Position numbers and translations under genes: made by a program
The notes under the pieces: model-generated
Told to the model about the DNA's origin: nothing
Databases searched by the model: none
Seen by the model: only the letters and a program-made list of their open reading frames with translations
Shown: positions 32,102-44,106 of the stretch, in pieces
Position numbering within the stretch: position 1 is the stretch's first letter
Layout of the letters: each line of letters opens with the position of its first letter
NCBI GenBank assembly: GCA_009859145.1
Contig: VRVR01000042.1
Location: 85,384 to 149,383, forward strand
Reading direction: 5' to 3'
Length of the DNA: 64,000 nt
Source: Andalucia godoyi And28
Lineage: Eukaryota > Protista > Jakobida

Positions 32102-32353
32102 GCGAGCATGCAGCCCATTCTTTTTACTTTGACCCGCAAAAAACACTCATCTGTACAATACTAGCAACAAGAATAACAAAAACGAAAACAAAAAACTAAC
32201 AAACAAAAAAGCAACAGCAACATTTTAGGAAAACGACTGCGTACTCCAGGAGTGAAAATGCTATCTTTTTTTAAAATCAAATGTATGTACAGCGCACACG
32301 GTGAACGATGGCTAATGAGCAGTCAGTGTTTTCTTGAAAGTACTGCCACGGAG

Positions 32354-32638
32354 TCACAAACAGTCATTTGAAATATACCGATTTCCTTCTGATAACGATC
32401 CCTTGTACATCCTGCTCGTTGTCGTAACAAACAGCTTTGGTTTTCCAATGGGCCGAGAATCAGGAAGCAAATCATCTTTGAAGATCTTTTGTGGCGTGTG
32501 CTCTCCGATTTCCTTGAAACCGTGCGGAACGGATTTGCATGCAACAAGGTTGCGACTGCCGAGTGTAATTGTGGAAATGGCTCCTACCCCTCCCATCAGC
32601 ACGGGAACTGGCTTTGTGTTTTCCTTATTGTCTGTCAT
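32354..32638 (-). CDS. Small hypothetical protein (~94 aa; a 36-nt GTATAT..CAG intron could change the C-terminus)
   Basis: ORF MTDNKENTKP... with protein-like composition; no family recognised. Confidence 0.4.
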   Translation of the reverse strand: MTDNKENTKPVPVLMGGVGAISTITLGSRNLVACKSVPHGFKEIGEHTPQKIFKDDLLPDSRPIGKPKLFVTTTSRMYKGSLSEGNRYISNDCL

Positions 32639-33517
32639 TGTCACGTCGATTGGGAAAAAAGTACGATGTGAATTTTGAATTACTTCTTCCCTCATCAGAA
32701 AAAACAAATGCACAAACAAGCAGACTATCGTCCCCCACACTGTTCTTGTCGGTTTTGATTGTGCAAAATGTGAAACTGGTTGGCAAATTCTAGCCTTCGC
32801 CGGACTTTTTCTTATTCGCATTTTTTTTTCCTGCATCGGAGAGCAGTTGGACCTCCGCATTTGTGACCGTTGTTTTTTGTTCTATTTTTTACGTACGTTT
32901 TACAATCCATTTAATAAATATAATTATGCAGTCTTTGCAACTTCTAATTCTTTTCCACAATAAAACCTGTACGTCTTCTCTATGTTTGTTTGTTTGTTTT
33001 CTCTTTTTCTTTCGTTGTGCTTAAATATTAAATAAAATACCGTGTGTTTTATTTATTTGTTTATAATCCAACATCAAAGCAGCTGGAATAACAGCAAACA
33101 GTTCTGCAGCACTTCGTCGCAGCCGTTCTGGCAGACAACAGACTCGAACAGAAAGGGCGTTGGAAGGAGAGATCAATGATACTCACATGTTATGATGTAT
33201 TTCAAATTTTGTAACTCGTAAAAATAAAACGAGAAAGCAGCAACAGACAGAGACACGGGTCGAGAAAAAATGGAGGGAAATGAGGGGGAACGAGGCTTCA
33301 ACGCGGTTTACTGTAAATCGTGTCAAGCAGCATCCACCGTCGACATTCGTCTACTATTGCGGTTTTCTTCAGACTCGTTGTGTGTGCATTGTGTTTCTCT
33401 GTCGTATATCGGTGCTCCCTGCACCAATGGCCAATCTGTCAGCTGAGTGTGTGAAGGACGACCGAACGCGAACTGCGGCTTTTTCGAACGTTCGACGCTG
33501 TACACCCACACACGCTC

Positions 33518-33541
33518 AGAGAGATAGAGAGAGAGAGAGAT

Positions 33542-33636
<95 letters not shown>
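33518..33636. repeat. (GA)n microsatellite with GATA interruptions
   Basis: Directly visible. Confidence 0.97.
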
Positions 33637-33638
<2 letters not shown>

Positions 33639-33655
33639 ATTTAGACATTCGCATA

Positions 33656-34561
33656 ATGTTTGATTTGCTATCATATTTGATTTCAGTAGTTGCGATTTTT
33701 GCTTCGAGACTTTCGATTCTTCGACGCATTTTTGGAATTGGGCATTCGTCGAATGACATTCCGTTTGCACTCCACAAACACTCTCTTGTTCCGCCGACCG
33801 ATACCGCAGCCGTCAGTCACCATTCCCCTTCTCACTCCGGTTCCCGTTCGCGCTTTCATGAAGGTCGAGACTCGGATCGATCGATGTCTACGCTTGGTCC
33901 TTTTGCATCTTCCTTTCTGCAACCCGATGAACCAGAGTGTCATCTGATCAGCAGCCTTCCTCCTCCACCCTCTCTTATCAAGTCCATTTCTCTCAATGCT
34001 GCTGCATGCGATTCACCAAAAAAGATTCTCTTTCTTGACCTTGATGAAACACTCATTCACTCTTCTATCAATCCCGAGAGTTCCACGAAGGCGCACTATA
34101 AGTTTACTGTCACGCTGGATGGGACATTATGCGATTTTTACGTGTTTGAAAGGCCGTTTGTGGACGCGTTTCTGCAGCAATTAAGCTTTTGGTATGAATT
34201 GTGGATCTTTACAGCCTCGCTTCCGGAATATGCCAACCCCGTGATTGATCGACTCGACCGAAAAAGACTGATTTCCAAGAGATTGTTTCGACAGCAGTGC
34301 ACTCTACGTGGCGAAACGTTCGTCAAGGACATCAAATTGTACACGCCGAGGCGAGATCTGGACTTGTCAAGAGCTGTCCTCTTGGACAACTCGCCACACG
34401 CGGGAATGGTTTGCGAAGACAATCTGGTTCCGTGCATCTCATTCTACGGCGATTACGACGAGGAGTTGCTCGATTTGATTCCATTTTTCCATGCTTTGTG
34501 GTATGTACAGGATGTGCGATCCGTTATCCGTCTTCGCAAGCAAGTGACTTCAAGGCGTTAG
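33656..34561 (+). CDS. NIF/FCP1-like HAD phosphatase with N-terminal membrane anchor (CTDNEP1/Nem1-like)
   Basis: LFLDLDETLIHS (DxDxT), ERPFVDAFL, IFTASLPEYANPVIDRLD, LLDNSP; hydrophobic N-terminus. Confidence 0.93.
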   Translation: MFDLLSYLISVVAIFASRLSILRRIFGIGHSSNDIPFALHKHSLVPPTDTAAVSHHSPSHSGSRSRFHEGRDSDRSMSTLGPFASSFLQPDEPECHLISSLPPPPSLIKSISLNAAACDSPKKILFLDLDETLIHSSINPESSTKAHYKFTVTLDGTLCDFYVFERPFVDAFLQQLSFWYELWIFTASLPEYANPVIDRLDRKRLISKRLFRQQCTLRGETFVKDIKLYTPRRDLDLSRAVLLDNSPHAGMVCEDNLVPCISFYGDYDEELLDLIPFFHALWYVQDVRSVIRLRKQVTSRR

Positions 34562-34805
34562 CAAGTCGAAATCACACCACGTCGATTCCTATGGACGTGT
34601 GTATGTACCATTGTGCACTGGCTTTCCGCTTTCCCCCTGTGTTTCCCCCGCATCGTGAATAACAAGCAGCGTGCAACGATCGGCGCTCTCGTTTCTATCC
34701 TCTAGACAATACACCCAATACTCGAACATGCACACAGCCACTCAGCAGAACTTGCACACACAAAAAGGGACCAGGTTGCTGTTGATCATCATTTATTTAC
34801 AGAGA

Positions 34806-35141
34806 TTATCCCCAATAGGTGCGTTGGACAACGTTGTGTTCATCGACAACGACGTTCAGTCGTTCTGGACGGTGGTCCATTGTTCCGATGTTGTGGGTCG
34901 GCGTGAAGACTCGGTGCGAGTGCGGCAGAGACTCCTTTTTGAAGTGCTTCACATGGTCAAAAGTCATTGACGACAGTTCGCTTTCCGAAACCAGCTTCTT
35001 CCCAACGAGCGAGTCAGCATCAAAAGAAGGCTCTGGCTGTCCAGACCCGCCGATCTTCACTCGCTGAATACCTCCGAAACCACCGGGCAACATGTACGCA
35101 ACAGACAGAGCAACCAGTAAAAGCCCAATGAAGTAACGCAT
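34806..35141 (-). CDS. Secreted proteinase inhibitor, I78/potato-inhibitor-I-like
   Basis: Signal peptide MRYFIGLLLVALSVA; C-terminal HRVFTP..IGTMDHRPERLNVVVDEHNVVQRTYWG matches the T-M-D-x-R-x-x-R-L-N reactive-loop pattern. Confidence 0.8.
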   Translation of the reverse strand: MRYFIGLLLVALSVAYMLPGGFGGIQRVKIGGSGQPEPSFDADSLVGKKLVSESELSSMTFDHVKHFKKESLPHSHRVFTPTHNIGTMDHRPERLNVVVDEHNVVQRTYWG

Positions 35142-36077
35142 AAATAAGCGGATTCGATTGATTCGCAGAAGAATAAGTTCCCAAAAGACGATTCCCTTTT
35201 CTTTTCGCAGTAGCCGTGCTTCTTTTTTGGCTTTCAGATTCGAAAAATAATAATAATATATATAATAAATATATAATTTAAAAAATAAAATTAAAAAACA
35301 ATTCTGAAAGAAGAAAGAAGAAAGAAAGGAGGAGAGCTTTGTGGAGTTGCCGACTGCTGAGGAACGACAAAGAGGAAAATGGTCGACATCATTGCCAACT
35401 GCGATTGAAGTCGACCACGCTCCAAAGTGAGCAAGCTGACCACATTTCCCCAAAGGCCAAAAAATGGGTCAGTTTCATCTCGAAGTATCACTTGACGTCC
35501 CACTTCCCCCTCCCTTCGTAGCGCCACACAATAAAGCAGAAGCTTGCGAGCCTGTATTGTACACCAGCCGTGGCGAATCATTGCTAACCAATCCATGCTG
35601 AGTCATGCATCCTGAACCGAATGCGAATTCAATTCAGAAGGGGATGCGGCCCCAATGTGTCGCAGCGTTCTTCAGATAGATATTACACGCATCTTTCCAA
35701 TCTCTCGATCCAGATGCGGCCGGACATGACGATCCCTGACCCCCGCCTGACCCACGAACCCCGTGATTTCCCAGACGTGGCGCAGACGACTCGCAGCGAG
35801 TCGTTAAATAAAATGTGTCCCCCGTGACGTCCATGAATCACGCAAACCTGGCATCGAGACTCGCCGTCGTTGACAACGGGACTATTTGCCTGCTGTAATT
35901 TGCGTGTGCGACGGCCGTTGCAGGACTCAATCTTTCTTTTTCGTTCTTCATCATCTTTCGGTTTTCCATTGTTTCACATTTTCATTTGCTGCTGCTGTTG
36001 TTGTTGTTGTTGTTGTTGTTGTTGTCAATAGCCGCATATAGTTACACTTGGAAAAAAGCGGAATTCCGAAAAGAACA

Positions 36078-38951
36078 ATGGCTTATTACTCTGACGATCC
36101 AAGGGTTTCCGCCTTTGAGCCTCTTCCAGCACCGTGGTCCGCGACGAATAATCACAATCATAATTACAATATCAATAATGATCATCTTTATAATAATGAT
36201 GATAATGATAATGGCGATGATGATGCTGCTGCTGCTGTTGTTGTTAACGAAGGTCGTGATGATGATGCGGACTGGAATCGATTGCTGCGAGATTCCATGA
36301 CCATTCGCGTTCCTGCCCACACGCTGTCTCCGTCGTCGTTCCAGGTGCAGCAATTCAAAAAGATCGTCGCAAGTGCACAGAGAGAGATTCCTTCGTTGCT
36401 GCAGAAAAGGACTACCGAGGGCGCGTCTCCGTTTTCACCGAACAGCAGACACGGCGGCATTCGACACGGTGAAACTGCGATTAACAAGCAACGAGCTGTG
36501 ATGAACTCGGAAAGACGGAAGCATATGGAAAAGGCAGAGAAGAACTCAAAAGATAGACGAACGAGAATTATGGAGTCGACTTCGTTGCATGGGCTCTATC
36601 ATCACCCGCTTCCAAAGTTTTATGAATCCAGACCAAGACCAAATGTTGCGCATCAGTACACCGCAGACGAGTTTCTTAGACGCGTTTCATCGGATAAACG
36701 CGACTCTCCGAATTCAAGTACGCGGTCACCATCATCTGCTGCTCCCTCGAGGGAGATTATCGAACCGGTGGACCAAAAAAGTGGAACAGAAACAGAAACA
36801 GAAGAAGAATTGCATGAAATGAGTACCAAGCTGATGTTCGTCACTCCGGACAAGACTCTGCCGCCGCCTCCAATGCCTCCTGCGCCTCCTTCGTCTGCTT
36901 CTTCACAAGATGCCTCTACATCGTCGTCTAGCCCCCGAGCGGGTGGTCGAGTCATGCGTCGTGCCTCCGTGTACTCCTTGTTCTCTCCTCGAAGCGCACT
37001 TGCCAGTCCTGGAAGCCAGACGCTTCCTCCGCCGCCTTTGCACCCAGTCGAGAATCCAGCTACCGATGCCTCGTCGCAACGTTCTGCAGTGTCTCCTGTT
37101 GCAGTCCGAACTTTCCGAAATAACGATACACGATCCGATGATGCTGCGCTGGTGTCGTCATCTCACTCGGATCAGGGAAACGTTGCATCCTCCAATGTCA
37201 AGGAGGAGCCGCTCGGGCCGGTCTCCCCTGTTCTGCCGGTTCCAACGCGAGCCGCTCCATTGCCCCCACCGGCGGTTCCCGTGCACGATGCACATTCCTC
37301 CTCGACCCATCCGGCTGTTGCATCTTTTGCAAAGCCCACAGAACAGCTCACAGAGCAGCCCGCAGAGCAGCCCGCAGAGAAGCCTGCAGAGAAGCCTGCA
37401 GAACAGGTCACAGAGCAGCCCGCTGAGAAGCCTGCAGAGAAGCCTGCAGAGAAGCCTGCAGAGAAGCCTGCAGAGAAGCCTGCAGAGAAGCCCGCAGAGA
37501 AGCCTGCAGAGAAGCCTGCAGAGAAGCCTGCAGAGAAGCCTGCAGAGAAGCCTGCAGAGAAGCCCGCAGAACAGCCCGTGGTTCGTTCTCCAATTGCTGT
37601 GGATTCCGGTTTTATGTCAGCTCGAACGGGAAGTGAAGGCCCACTTTCCATGCAAATGGTATTGCCAGCAACCCAGAATGTCGTCATTGCGAGTTCACCA
37701 CCCATGTCTCCCATGATTTTATCTGGTCCCTCTTCTCCGTCGAGTTCGCTTGCTTCTCCTCGCTCTTCAGATGCTGCAGACATTCCCACCGCACATTTGA
37801 ATCTTGCGGACACGCAGCCGAGTCTTTCCAGCGACGCCTCCGAGAAGGTGGCAGATTTCCCAGATCATGGGGCATCCGAGAGCAACCGTAACCACATTGG
37901 CGCATCACCAAACATCCCGTCCGTAGACATCGATCCTTTTTTACCGCCCGATCAGCTTGACAGCATAGCTTCCTACTCGCCCTTGGCATCGCCTGTGTCG
38001 ACACCGACAGCAGTGCGGTCTTCATCTCCGGAAGTCGAAAGCACGGCTGTTGTCCAGACTACTTCATTGCAAGAGTGTGATTCCATACTTTCAAAAGAAT
38101 CGACGACGATGACAAATGGACGTGCTGCGTCTCCTTCTCGTCCTCTTCCTTGTCCTTCTTCTCCTTCTGCTTCTGCTTCTTTGACACAGTCTGGATCTCA
38201 TTTCGCAGTGCCGTCTCCTTTGACTGTTCCCGTTTCTGTTTCCGAGGATTCCGAACTTCTTGTCCAACACGCTCCGTTGTTGCCACACACTGTATCCTCG
38301 TTGCTGCCCCCGCCGCCCATGGTGCCGTCTGTTGCCGAGGATGCTTCAACTCTTGCTCCAGCTCCAGCTCCAGCTCCAGCTGCAGCTGCAGCTGCAAGAA
38401 CAACTCATGCTTCTGCTTCCTCCTCCTCCTCATCATCATCATCAGCCTCCGCCCCTGTCGAACCGTCAAACGATGTTCTGAGCGAGGTTGACATGTCGAA
38501 GTTGTCTGCCAAGGACAGAGTGCGTCTCCGACTCGAGCAACGAAGAAGAAATCGCACGGACACAGTGTTTGTGGAGGAGTTCAAGATTGAACAGTCAACA
38601 GGAACTGCTGCCATCTCCAATCCAGCAGACACGACGCCGTCCTCCACGGATAACCGATCCTCTGCATCCCGCTTGGCGACGATTACGACGGCAACGGCTC
38701 CTGTGAACGGTTCGGATGTTGTCGACCCTGCAGAACTGAAGCGTCAAGAATTGCGACAGCGAATTCGCGATCGAGTGTCTTCCAACGTTCCTGCAGCGCC
38801 TACAGATCGGTCTGAAACACCTCCGCGGTCTCCAAGATCAGTCTCGTTTCACTCTCCCGAGTATGTTGTTTCTCCGGCAGAAACTACACGCCGTGGCTCT
38901 CCGCTCTCTGATCGACACATTTCTTCACCTGTCTATACGAGCACTGATTGA
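36078..38951 (+). CDS. Large low-complexity Pro/Ser-rich protein with internal (EKPA)n repeat
   Basis: ~957-aa uninterrupted ORF; no catalytic domain seen. Confidence 0.8.
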   Translation: MAYYSDDPRVSAFEPLPAPWSATNNHNHNYNINNDHLYNNDDNDNGDDDAAAAVVVNEGRDDDADWNRLLRDSMTIRVPAHTLSPSSFQVQQFKKIVASAQREIPSLLQKRTTEGASPFSPNSRHGGIRHGETAINKQRAVMNSERRKHMEKAEKNSKDRRTRIMESTSLHGLYHHPLPKFYESRPRPNVAHQYTADEFLRRVSSDKRDSPNSSTRSPSSAAPSREIIEPVDQKSGTETETEEELHEMSTKLMFVTPDKTLPPPPMPPAPPSSASSQDASTSSSSPRAGGRVMRRASVYSLFSPRSALASPGSQTLPPPPLHPVENPATDASSQRSAVSPVAVRTFRNNDTRSDDAALVSSSHSDQGNVASSNVKEEPLGPVSPVLPVPTRAAPLPPPAVPVHDAHSSSTHPAVASFAKPTEQLTEQPAEQPAEKPAEKPAEQVTEQPAEKPAEKPAEKPAEKPAEKPAEKPAEKPAEKPAEKPAEKPAEKPAEKPAEQPVVRSPIAVDSGFMSARTGSEGPLSMQMVLPATQNVVIASSPPMSPMILSGPSSPSSSLASPRSSDAADIPTAHLNLADTQPSLSSDASEKVADFPDHGASESNRNHIGASPNIPSVDIDPFLPPDQLDSIASYSPLASPVSTPTAVRSSSPEVESTAVVQTTSLQECDSILSKESTTMTNGRAASPSRPLPCPSSPSASASLTQSGSHFAVPSPLTVPVSVSEDSELLVQHAPLLPHTVSSLLPPPPMVPSVAEDASTLAPAPAPAPAAAAAARTTHASASSSSSSSSSASAPVEPSNDVLSEVDMSKLSAKDRVRLRLEQRRRNRTDTVFVEEFKIEQSTGTAAISNPADTTPSSTDNRSSASRLATITTATAPVNGSDVVDPAELKRQELRQRIRDRVSSNVPAAPTDRSETPPRSPRSVSFHSPEYVVSPAETTRRGSPLSDRHISSPVYTSTD
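37332..37577 (+). repeat. Coding 12-bp minisatellite (GAGAAGCCTGCA)n, ~20 units encoding EKPA/EQPA
   Basis: Directly visible, in frame. Confidence 0.95.
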
Positions 38952-39208
38952 TTGATTGTCCATCCGAAATTGGACTGAAGTGAAGTGAACTGAACTGAAC
39001 TGAACAGACGCAATGTAATTTTCCACACACAAATAAAACATAGCATCTAATACGATTTTATTGTTTTGTACAGTCAAAAACAAACAATGAAGACATTTCC
39101 TCACAATGCAAAAAAGAGTGCACCAGAGAAAATGAACGGGGGAATTCGCCACGCACGAACATGAAAGAGAGAGAAGAGATATTATGAAAAACTGTCAATG
39201 CACGGTGA

Positions 39209-41020
39209 TCATTCAGCATCATCATATTCCGTCGTTGTCTTTGCTTTTGCTTTTGCCTTGCGCTTTGGAGGAGCCGAAGCAGCAGCCGGCTTCTCATCCA
39301 AATTGACGTCTTCCATCTTGGCTGGTGAATATCCCCGTTCGACATCGTCATCACCTGCGACTGCGGACGGTTCGCGCATCCGCTGTTCAGCACTCACTTG
39401 CGGACGAGTTTCGGAGCGGACACGAGCACCAGATTCCTGACGGGGTCTGAATTCCGCGCCAGCCTCAGGATCTTCAGATGTCACAAACAAACCGCGATTT
39501 TCTTCGCGTGCAGTTCGAGCAGATGCATGCGAAGATGGATCAGAAGGAGATTCAATTCCAGTGTCTGTAATCTGAGCAACCATTCCCGGAGTTTGGCCAT
39601 AATCTTTGTGCGCCTTACGCTTTGAGGGAAGATAAAAGTACGCGAGGACATACACGTACAAGTTGATCACAGTCCAGAACACCAAAAAGGTAGCAGAATT
39701 GCCCTGATTTTCGTTGCCGTCTCGTGTGACATAGACCGAAAAAATGAGTCCGCCGACGACAATCATGAACACAATAAACGACAGTCCAAAAAGGGCCTTG
39801 AAGCGCCTGCGCATTCCGACCTTGACTTGGAAGTCTTCATCGTCTTCGAGGTTTCCCTGCAAATTGCGGTCGTCCTTGTGCTGCTCCTTGAGTTCTCGCA
39901 GACGACGTTTGGCGGCTTCCTTTTGAGCAGCCGAGGCACCAACAGCACGGAACACGCTGTACATGAGGTAGAAGACGTAGATAAAGGCGAGGATAATGCC
40001 AATTACGCGGATAGCAACATACGAGTTCACCGAGTCTTTCGCAGAGTCTGTGGTGGGGTCATTCACAGCCTGGTAGCGTTCCATGATGTACCACGCTGTC
40101 ACGAAGGCGAAAATCAAAAGCATCAAGAAGATCTTGGGCGCGTAGAAGAAAAAGCCACGGCGGCTTGGCGGGACATACACCATGTTGAGCATGACAAGCC
40201 AAAAGAGGAGCAGAGAGCACACAAAGTTGACGATCAAGAAGATGTCCAAAATGGGAAACGCAAAGCCTTCGACGAAGAAGTTTGCAGCGAAGAAGGGGTT
40301 GTTGAAACCAATCAATGCAATCAGCAGAAACAGAATCCACTTCTGCTCTGTCTGTCTCACATGGCGATACTTCCAAAGCTTGGCAGAAGTGTAGAACAGC
40401 GACAGCAAGTTAAACACGAGGAACGAGTATCGGAAGCCAATTTGGAACACCGAGAAGTCCGCGCGATAGTATGAAACCTTGAATGTCAGATCTCCCACGT
40501 TGGAGCCGAGAGTGTCCAGAGTCCGAAAGCCAAAGGTGGTCCATACCTGATAATGCGAGTACTCCAGAAACGGCTCAAACGCAATATCCACACGCTCGCA
40601 GCTCGATGCACCGTCGTTACACTGGATTGTTCTTGCCTTGGTCGTATTCGAGGCGATTTTCGAATTGAAAGGACCATCTGCAGAGCTGCCTCCATAGATG
40701 GAGACCGTAACCGGGATATCCGCCGAAAGCGCATAGCGAGTCCCGTTTCCACGAGCGAACTGGAACGAAAATGCCCATTGCTGATTCAGCTTTTCAAACG
40801 ATCCCAGCGTGATTTTCGACCATTCGTACCCACGCATCATTCCAGCATATGTATCAGACGTCGATTGAACCAAAAACGACTTTGATTCAAATGGCGCCGG
40901 ACCGAAAACCCCAATCAAAATCGCAAAACCGACAATGCAAATATAGAGAACAAAGACACAAATCGTCTTGAAGCTCGAAAACGTCTCCAATTTGAATGGA
41001 GTCACTCGATTTGGATCCAT
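39209..41020 (-). CDS. TMEM181: TMEM181/GPR178 (Wntless-like) multi-pass membrane protein
   Basis: Lumenal beta-rich domain followed by FSVFQIGFRYSF, EQKWILFLLIALIGFNNPFF, SLLLFWLVM, NLYVYVLAYFYLPS. Confidence 0.85.
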   Translation of the reverse strand: MDPNRVTPFKLETFSSFKTICVFVLYICIVGFAILIGVFGPAPFESKSFLVQSTSDTYAGMMRGYEWSKITLGSFEKLNQQWAFSFQFARGNGTRYALSADIPVTVSIYGGSSADGPFNSKIASNTTKARTIQCNDGASSCERVDIAFEPFLEYSHYQVWTTFGFRTLDTLGSNVGDLTFKVSYYRADFSVFQIGFRYSFLVFNLLSLFYTSAKLWKYRHVRQTEQKWILFLLIALIGFNNPFFAANFFVEGFAFPILDIFLIVNFVCSLLLFWLVMLNMVYVPPSRRGFFFYAPKIFLMLLIFAFVTAWYIMERYQAVNDPTTDSAKDSVNSYVAIRVIGIILAFIYVFYLMYSVFRAVGASAAQKEAAKRRLRELKEQHKDDRNLQGNLEDDEDFQVKVGMRRRFKALFGLSFIVFMIVVGGLIFSVYVTRDGNENQGNSATFLVFWTVINLYVYVLAYFYLPSKRKAHKDYGQTPGMVAQITDTGIESPSDPSSHASARTAREENRGLFVTSEDPEAGAEFRPRQESGARVRSETRPQVSAEQRMREPSAVAGDDDVERGYSPAKMEDVNLDEKPAAASAPPKRKAKAKAKTTTEYDDAE

Positions 41021-42278
41021 CGCTTCACGCACTCTCACACTCACCCAACTCACCCACAAGAATAGTTTAAAAGAGTGGAAGAAGAACAAAGCGAATTAAG
41101 AAAGATTTAATTAAAAAAAACCCACAAAAACTGTGGAAAATAAAAAGGAAAAAACAGGAAACGAAAAAGACTCAGTGTTTCATTTGATTTCTTTTGAGCT
41201 GTTTTTTTGACGAAAGAATGAGAGTTTGTGTAACGACTCAATCCGTGGGGTTGAATTTATTTACGACAGATGGCGTTTCGCTCTTGGCCTATTTATGGGT
41301 TTTGCTTGACCGAGTTTCCCCAGACTGTTGTAACGGTATTTATTCGTCTGTGTGTGGGGGGCGGGGTGAGTGTACGTTCAGGATGCGGAAGGTGTTGCGT
41401 TCTTAGAGGAAAAAGTACGACAGAACAAGAATGGCTGATGCAGCAACCCAGCCGTCATTTGCTATGGTCGATTCCGAAAACGGCGAACGGCCCAACGCAG
41501 TCCATTCCGCCCACAGCGCCGTCGCAATTCCGCAGAGATTCCTCAAGTCGCTTCGAAGCCCGACAATCCTCACGTGCTCAGAGTCGCTACTACGGCTGCT
41601 CATAGAGGTCGTGATGTGTGTCGTCGTGGATCGGGGCGCAGGAGCATCGGCTGCAGCGCACTCTTCGTACGGGTCTGTCAGCCAGTCAACTGCATCCGAT
41701 TCGACGTGGGTCCCGTACGCGTAGTCGTCCAGCTGCTCGATTCCCGTTGAATCGATTCGACCGGCCATCCGGTTTTTGAGAATGAGAATCGCGACCAGAA
41801 TGACCGAGTCCACACATTGAAAACGGCGCGTGTTGTGAGGACGGATGCTCCGCAGCTTGCCATACGAGTACGACACCAGAAGAACAACAGCAGACATGTT
41901 CAACAGAGCATTTCGACTCACGGCAGGATTAGGGCTAGGGCTGGACGACGACGACACCGCACTTGAGCCGAAAGCCGGAAATAAAGGAATTATCGAATGG
42001 ATATACTTTGCAATGTAATATGACTGCATTGGGTCTGCTACATGATTCTTCAGTCCTGTCTACTTCATCCACTCTCTGCTCCATTCACACGCAAGTAATA
42101 ACAATGATAATAATAATAAATATCAAAACATAACAACAAATAAAAACGAGAGCCGCATTCGATGGCAGAATTTCTAGCATCACGCAAATGCATCATGCTG
42201 TGAGGGAAAAGCGTGTACTTTTATAAAATTAGTGTACAGCCGCGCTGCCGAGTGCTCAGGCGTCAAGAACCGGAGACA

Positions 42279-42456
42279 AGACTGCTGCACAAGACGACGG
42301 AGTTACGCGGTCGCGGAGTTCACACTGTGACGGAAGAGTACACGTCCAAAGACATGGAGTCTGGGTGTGTGGGAGCATCCATCAGAAATTGGGTGGGCGC
42401 AAAGTGTTCCGATATCTGGCATGTCCAGCGGTGATCGATCGAGAGCCTGCCTCCTT
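42279..42456 (+). pseudogene. Fanzor2/IS607-TnpB remnant (copy A), frameshifted, RuvC-III apparently deleted
   Basis: Frame 1 RLLHKTTELRGRGVHTVTEEYTSK; after a shift VCGSIHQKLGGRKVFRYLACPAVIDR. Matches the Fanzor2 C-terminal pattern RLLHK...VTEEYTSKTC..CG.IH.KLGG.KVF.C..C...IDRD. Confidence 0.8.
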
Positions 42457-42566
42457 TAAACGACTGATGTTCGCAGGATCGATTGTCATGCGACAGTGCA
42501 ATGGCGCCGATTGGAGTCAAGTCGTATTGATGCAGTGTATCGCAGACGGTAGCGATGCCGTACGGA

Positions 42567-42726
<160 letters not shown>

Positions 42727-42780
42727 AAGGCACAAAGAACGCACCGCATTTCGTTCAGAGGATGAGTTGGATCTGGAAAT

Positions 42781-43092
42781 CTAGTAATCCAGAAGCAGTG
42801 CAGCAGAGATTGCAGCGACATGCTTTCTCTTGATTTGGCCGTCGTTAGTACTGTCTGCGGAGGCGACGACTGCCGCTCTGTGTAGTGCATCCTTTGTGAA
42901 TGACGACAGAAGCTCGCAAACGAGCACAAGAGCATCGTCGCGGATCAACGCAGCGCTCTTTCCTCCGACCATCGTAGTTGACGTCGACAAGGAAGACAAG
43001 GATGACGACGAGGAGGACGACGAGGAAAGGGAAGAACGGATCAAGAGGTCGGCCGTCGTCGTCTTGAACGCACATGCAGCTGACGCATCCAT
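42781..43092 (-). CDS. CENPX: CENP-X/MHF2 histone-fold protein
   Basis: FKTTTADLLIR...IRDDALVLVCELLSSFTKDALHRA...KHVAAISAALLLDY matches CENP-X (..DAL.L..ELL..F..EA..RA...LLLDF); Ser-rich insertion after helix 1. Confidence 0.8.
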   Translation of the reverse strand: MDASAACAFKTTTADLLIRSSLSSSSSSSSSLSSLSTSTTMVGGKSAALIRDDALVLVCELLSSFTKDALHRAAVVASADSTNDGQIKRKHVAAISAALLLDY

Positions 43093-43398
43093 TGCTGCTG
43101 TTGTTGTTTTCTACACTCCCGCCCTTCTGCAGCTACGTCTTTCTTTCCCAACCCAATGCATCTCTAGTGTCGAATCACAGAAGCGAGGTTTCCCCAAGAG
43201 GTTTCCCCAAGAGGTTTCCTTCAACGATTAACAACAGTTTGCTGTATATTTCTTTTATTGGTAGACAAATGTCGATGCTTTGCAGCATTTTTGCAAACAC
43301 AAGGTTTCGGAAAATCCGAGTGACGCCGACGCACAGAGAGATGGATTGATAGACAGATACGAGTGAGTTGAGTTGGTTTGTTGATTTAATGAGTAAGG

Positions 43399-43986
43399 AT
43401 GTCAGTGTCTCGCGTGTTATTTGATAATGCACCATTGACGCCTTCGACAGCTGTCTTGGCGAACCAGAGTCGAGCAAAACACACTGCTGTGACGTTCAGT
43501 TCACGAGACATTCGACCGTTGGCTGGACTGGTAGCGCTGTCGAATCCAATGCTTAGTCCCCTTTCAATCTCCTCAGCTGCCGTCACTGCGACTGCGACTA
43601 CGACAACTGCTGCTGCAACAGCGGCGGCGGCGTCGTCGAGTGGTCTTGTGACGGGTGGACTCAGCACAGAGGTCGCTGTGTTTGCGAGAGGGGTTTGGGA
43701 AAGCGGGGTTCGAGCTATTGTTGCTGCAATCGGACTTGGCCATTTGCTAAAACCTGCTCATCCGCTTGTCTCCGTTCTCTCATCATCCGCATCATCATCC
43801 GCATCATCACCCTCTTCATTTCTGTCTTTGTCTGCAACAACAACAGCACCGGCAGCTGGGCCGTCCCTTGTGGTTGCGACGTCAATGGCAAATCCAGCTG
43901 CTATGCTTCAGAATGGTCCTGCAAGTCGCGAGCAAGTGGAAAAGGAAATTGTACAAAGCCGAGTTCGTGGATTCTATTCACATTGA
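43399..43986 (+). CDS. Ala/Ser/Thr-rich hypothetical protein, 195 aa
   Basis: ORF divergent from CENP-X; low complexity. Confidence 0.5.
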   Translation: MSVSRVLFDNAPLTPSTAVLANQSRAKHTAVTFSSRDIRPLAGLVALSNPMLSPLSISSAAVTATATTTTAAATAAAASSSGLVTGGLSTEVAVFARGVWESGVRAIVAAIGLGHLLKPAHPLVSVLSSSASSSASSPSSFLSLSATTTAPAAGPSLVVATSMANPAAMLQNGPASREQVEKEIVQSRVRGFYSH

Positions 43987-44106
43987 AGAAGAAGAAGAAA
44001 ATAAAATATCAAACATTTTGATCTTTTCGTTTACAGCAAAAGCAAACAAGTACTTTGGGATGCAAAGGTTGAATAGACAGAATCAAATCGAAGAAAGAAT
44101 GGTGAG

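Noticed and set aside
33323-33777. ORFs with poly-(SL), poly-(ER), poly-(HT) or poly-(CV) here and at 42320-42935, 44117-44432, 59810-60147
   Set aside because: Artefacts of dinucleotide microsatellites lacking stop codons.
35786-35804. Perfect inverted repeat ACGACTCGC-A-GCGAGTCGT in a divergent promoter region (also AGCATCA-TG-TGATGCT near 47566)
   Set aside because: Isolated short palindromes without supporting context.
37172-37813. Antisense (SAGF)n and alternative-frame (SLQR)n ORFs
   Set aside because: Other readings of the EKPA minisatellite.
41403-42029. Overlapping ORFs on both strands (208 aa minus, 97 aa plus) and a TTAGGG-CTAGGG stretch near 41929
   Set aside because: No motif or codon signal decides the strand; the telomere-like stretch is only two degenerate units.
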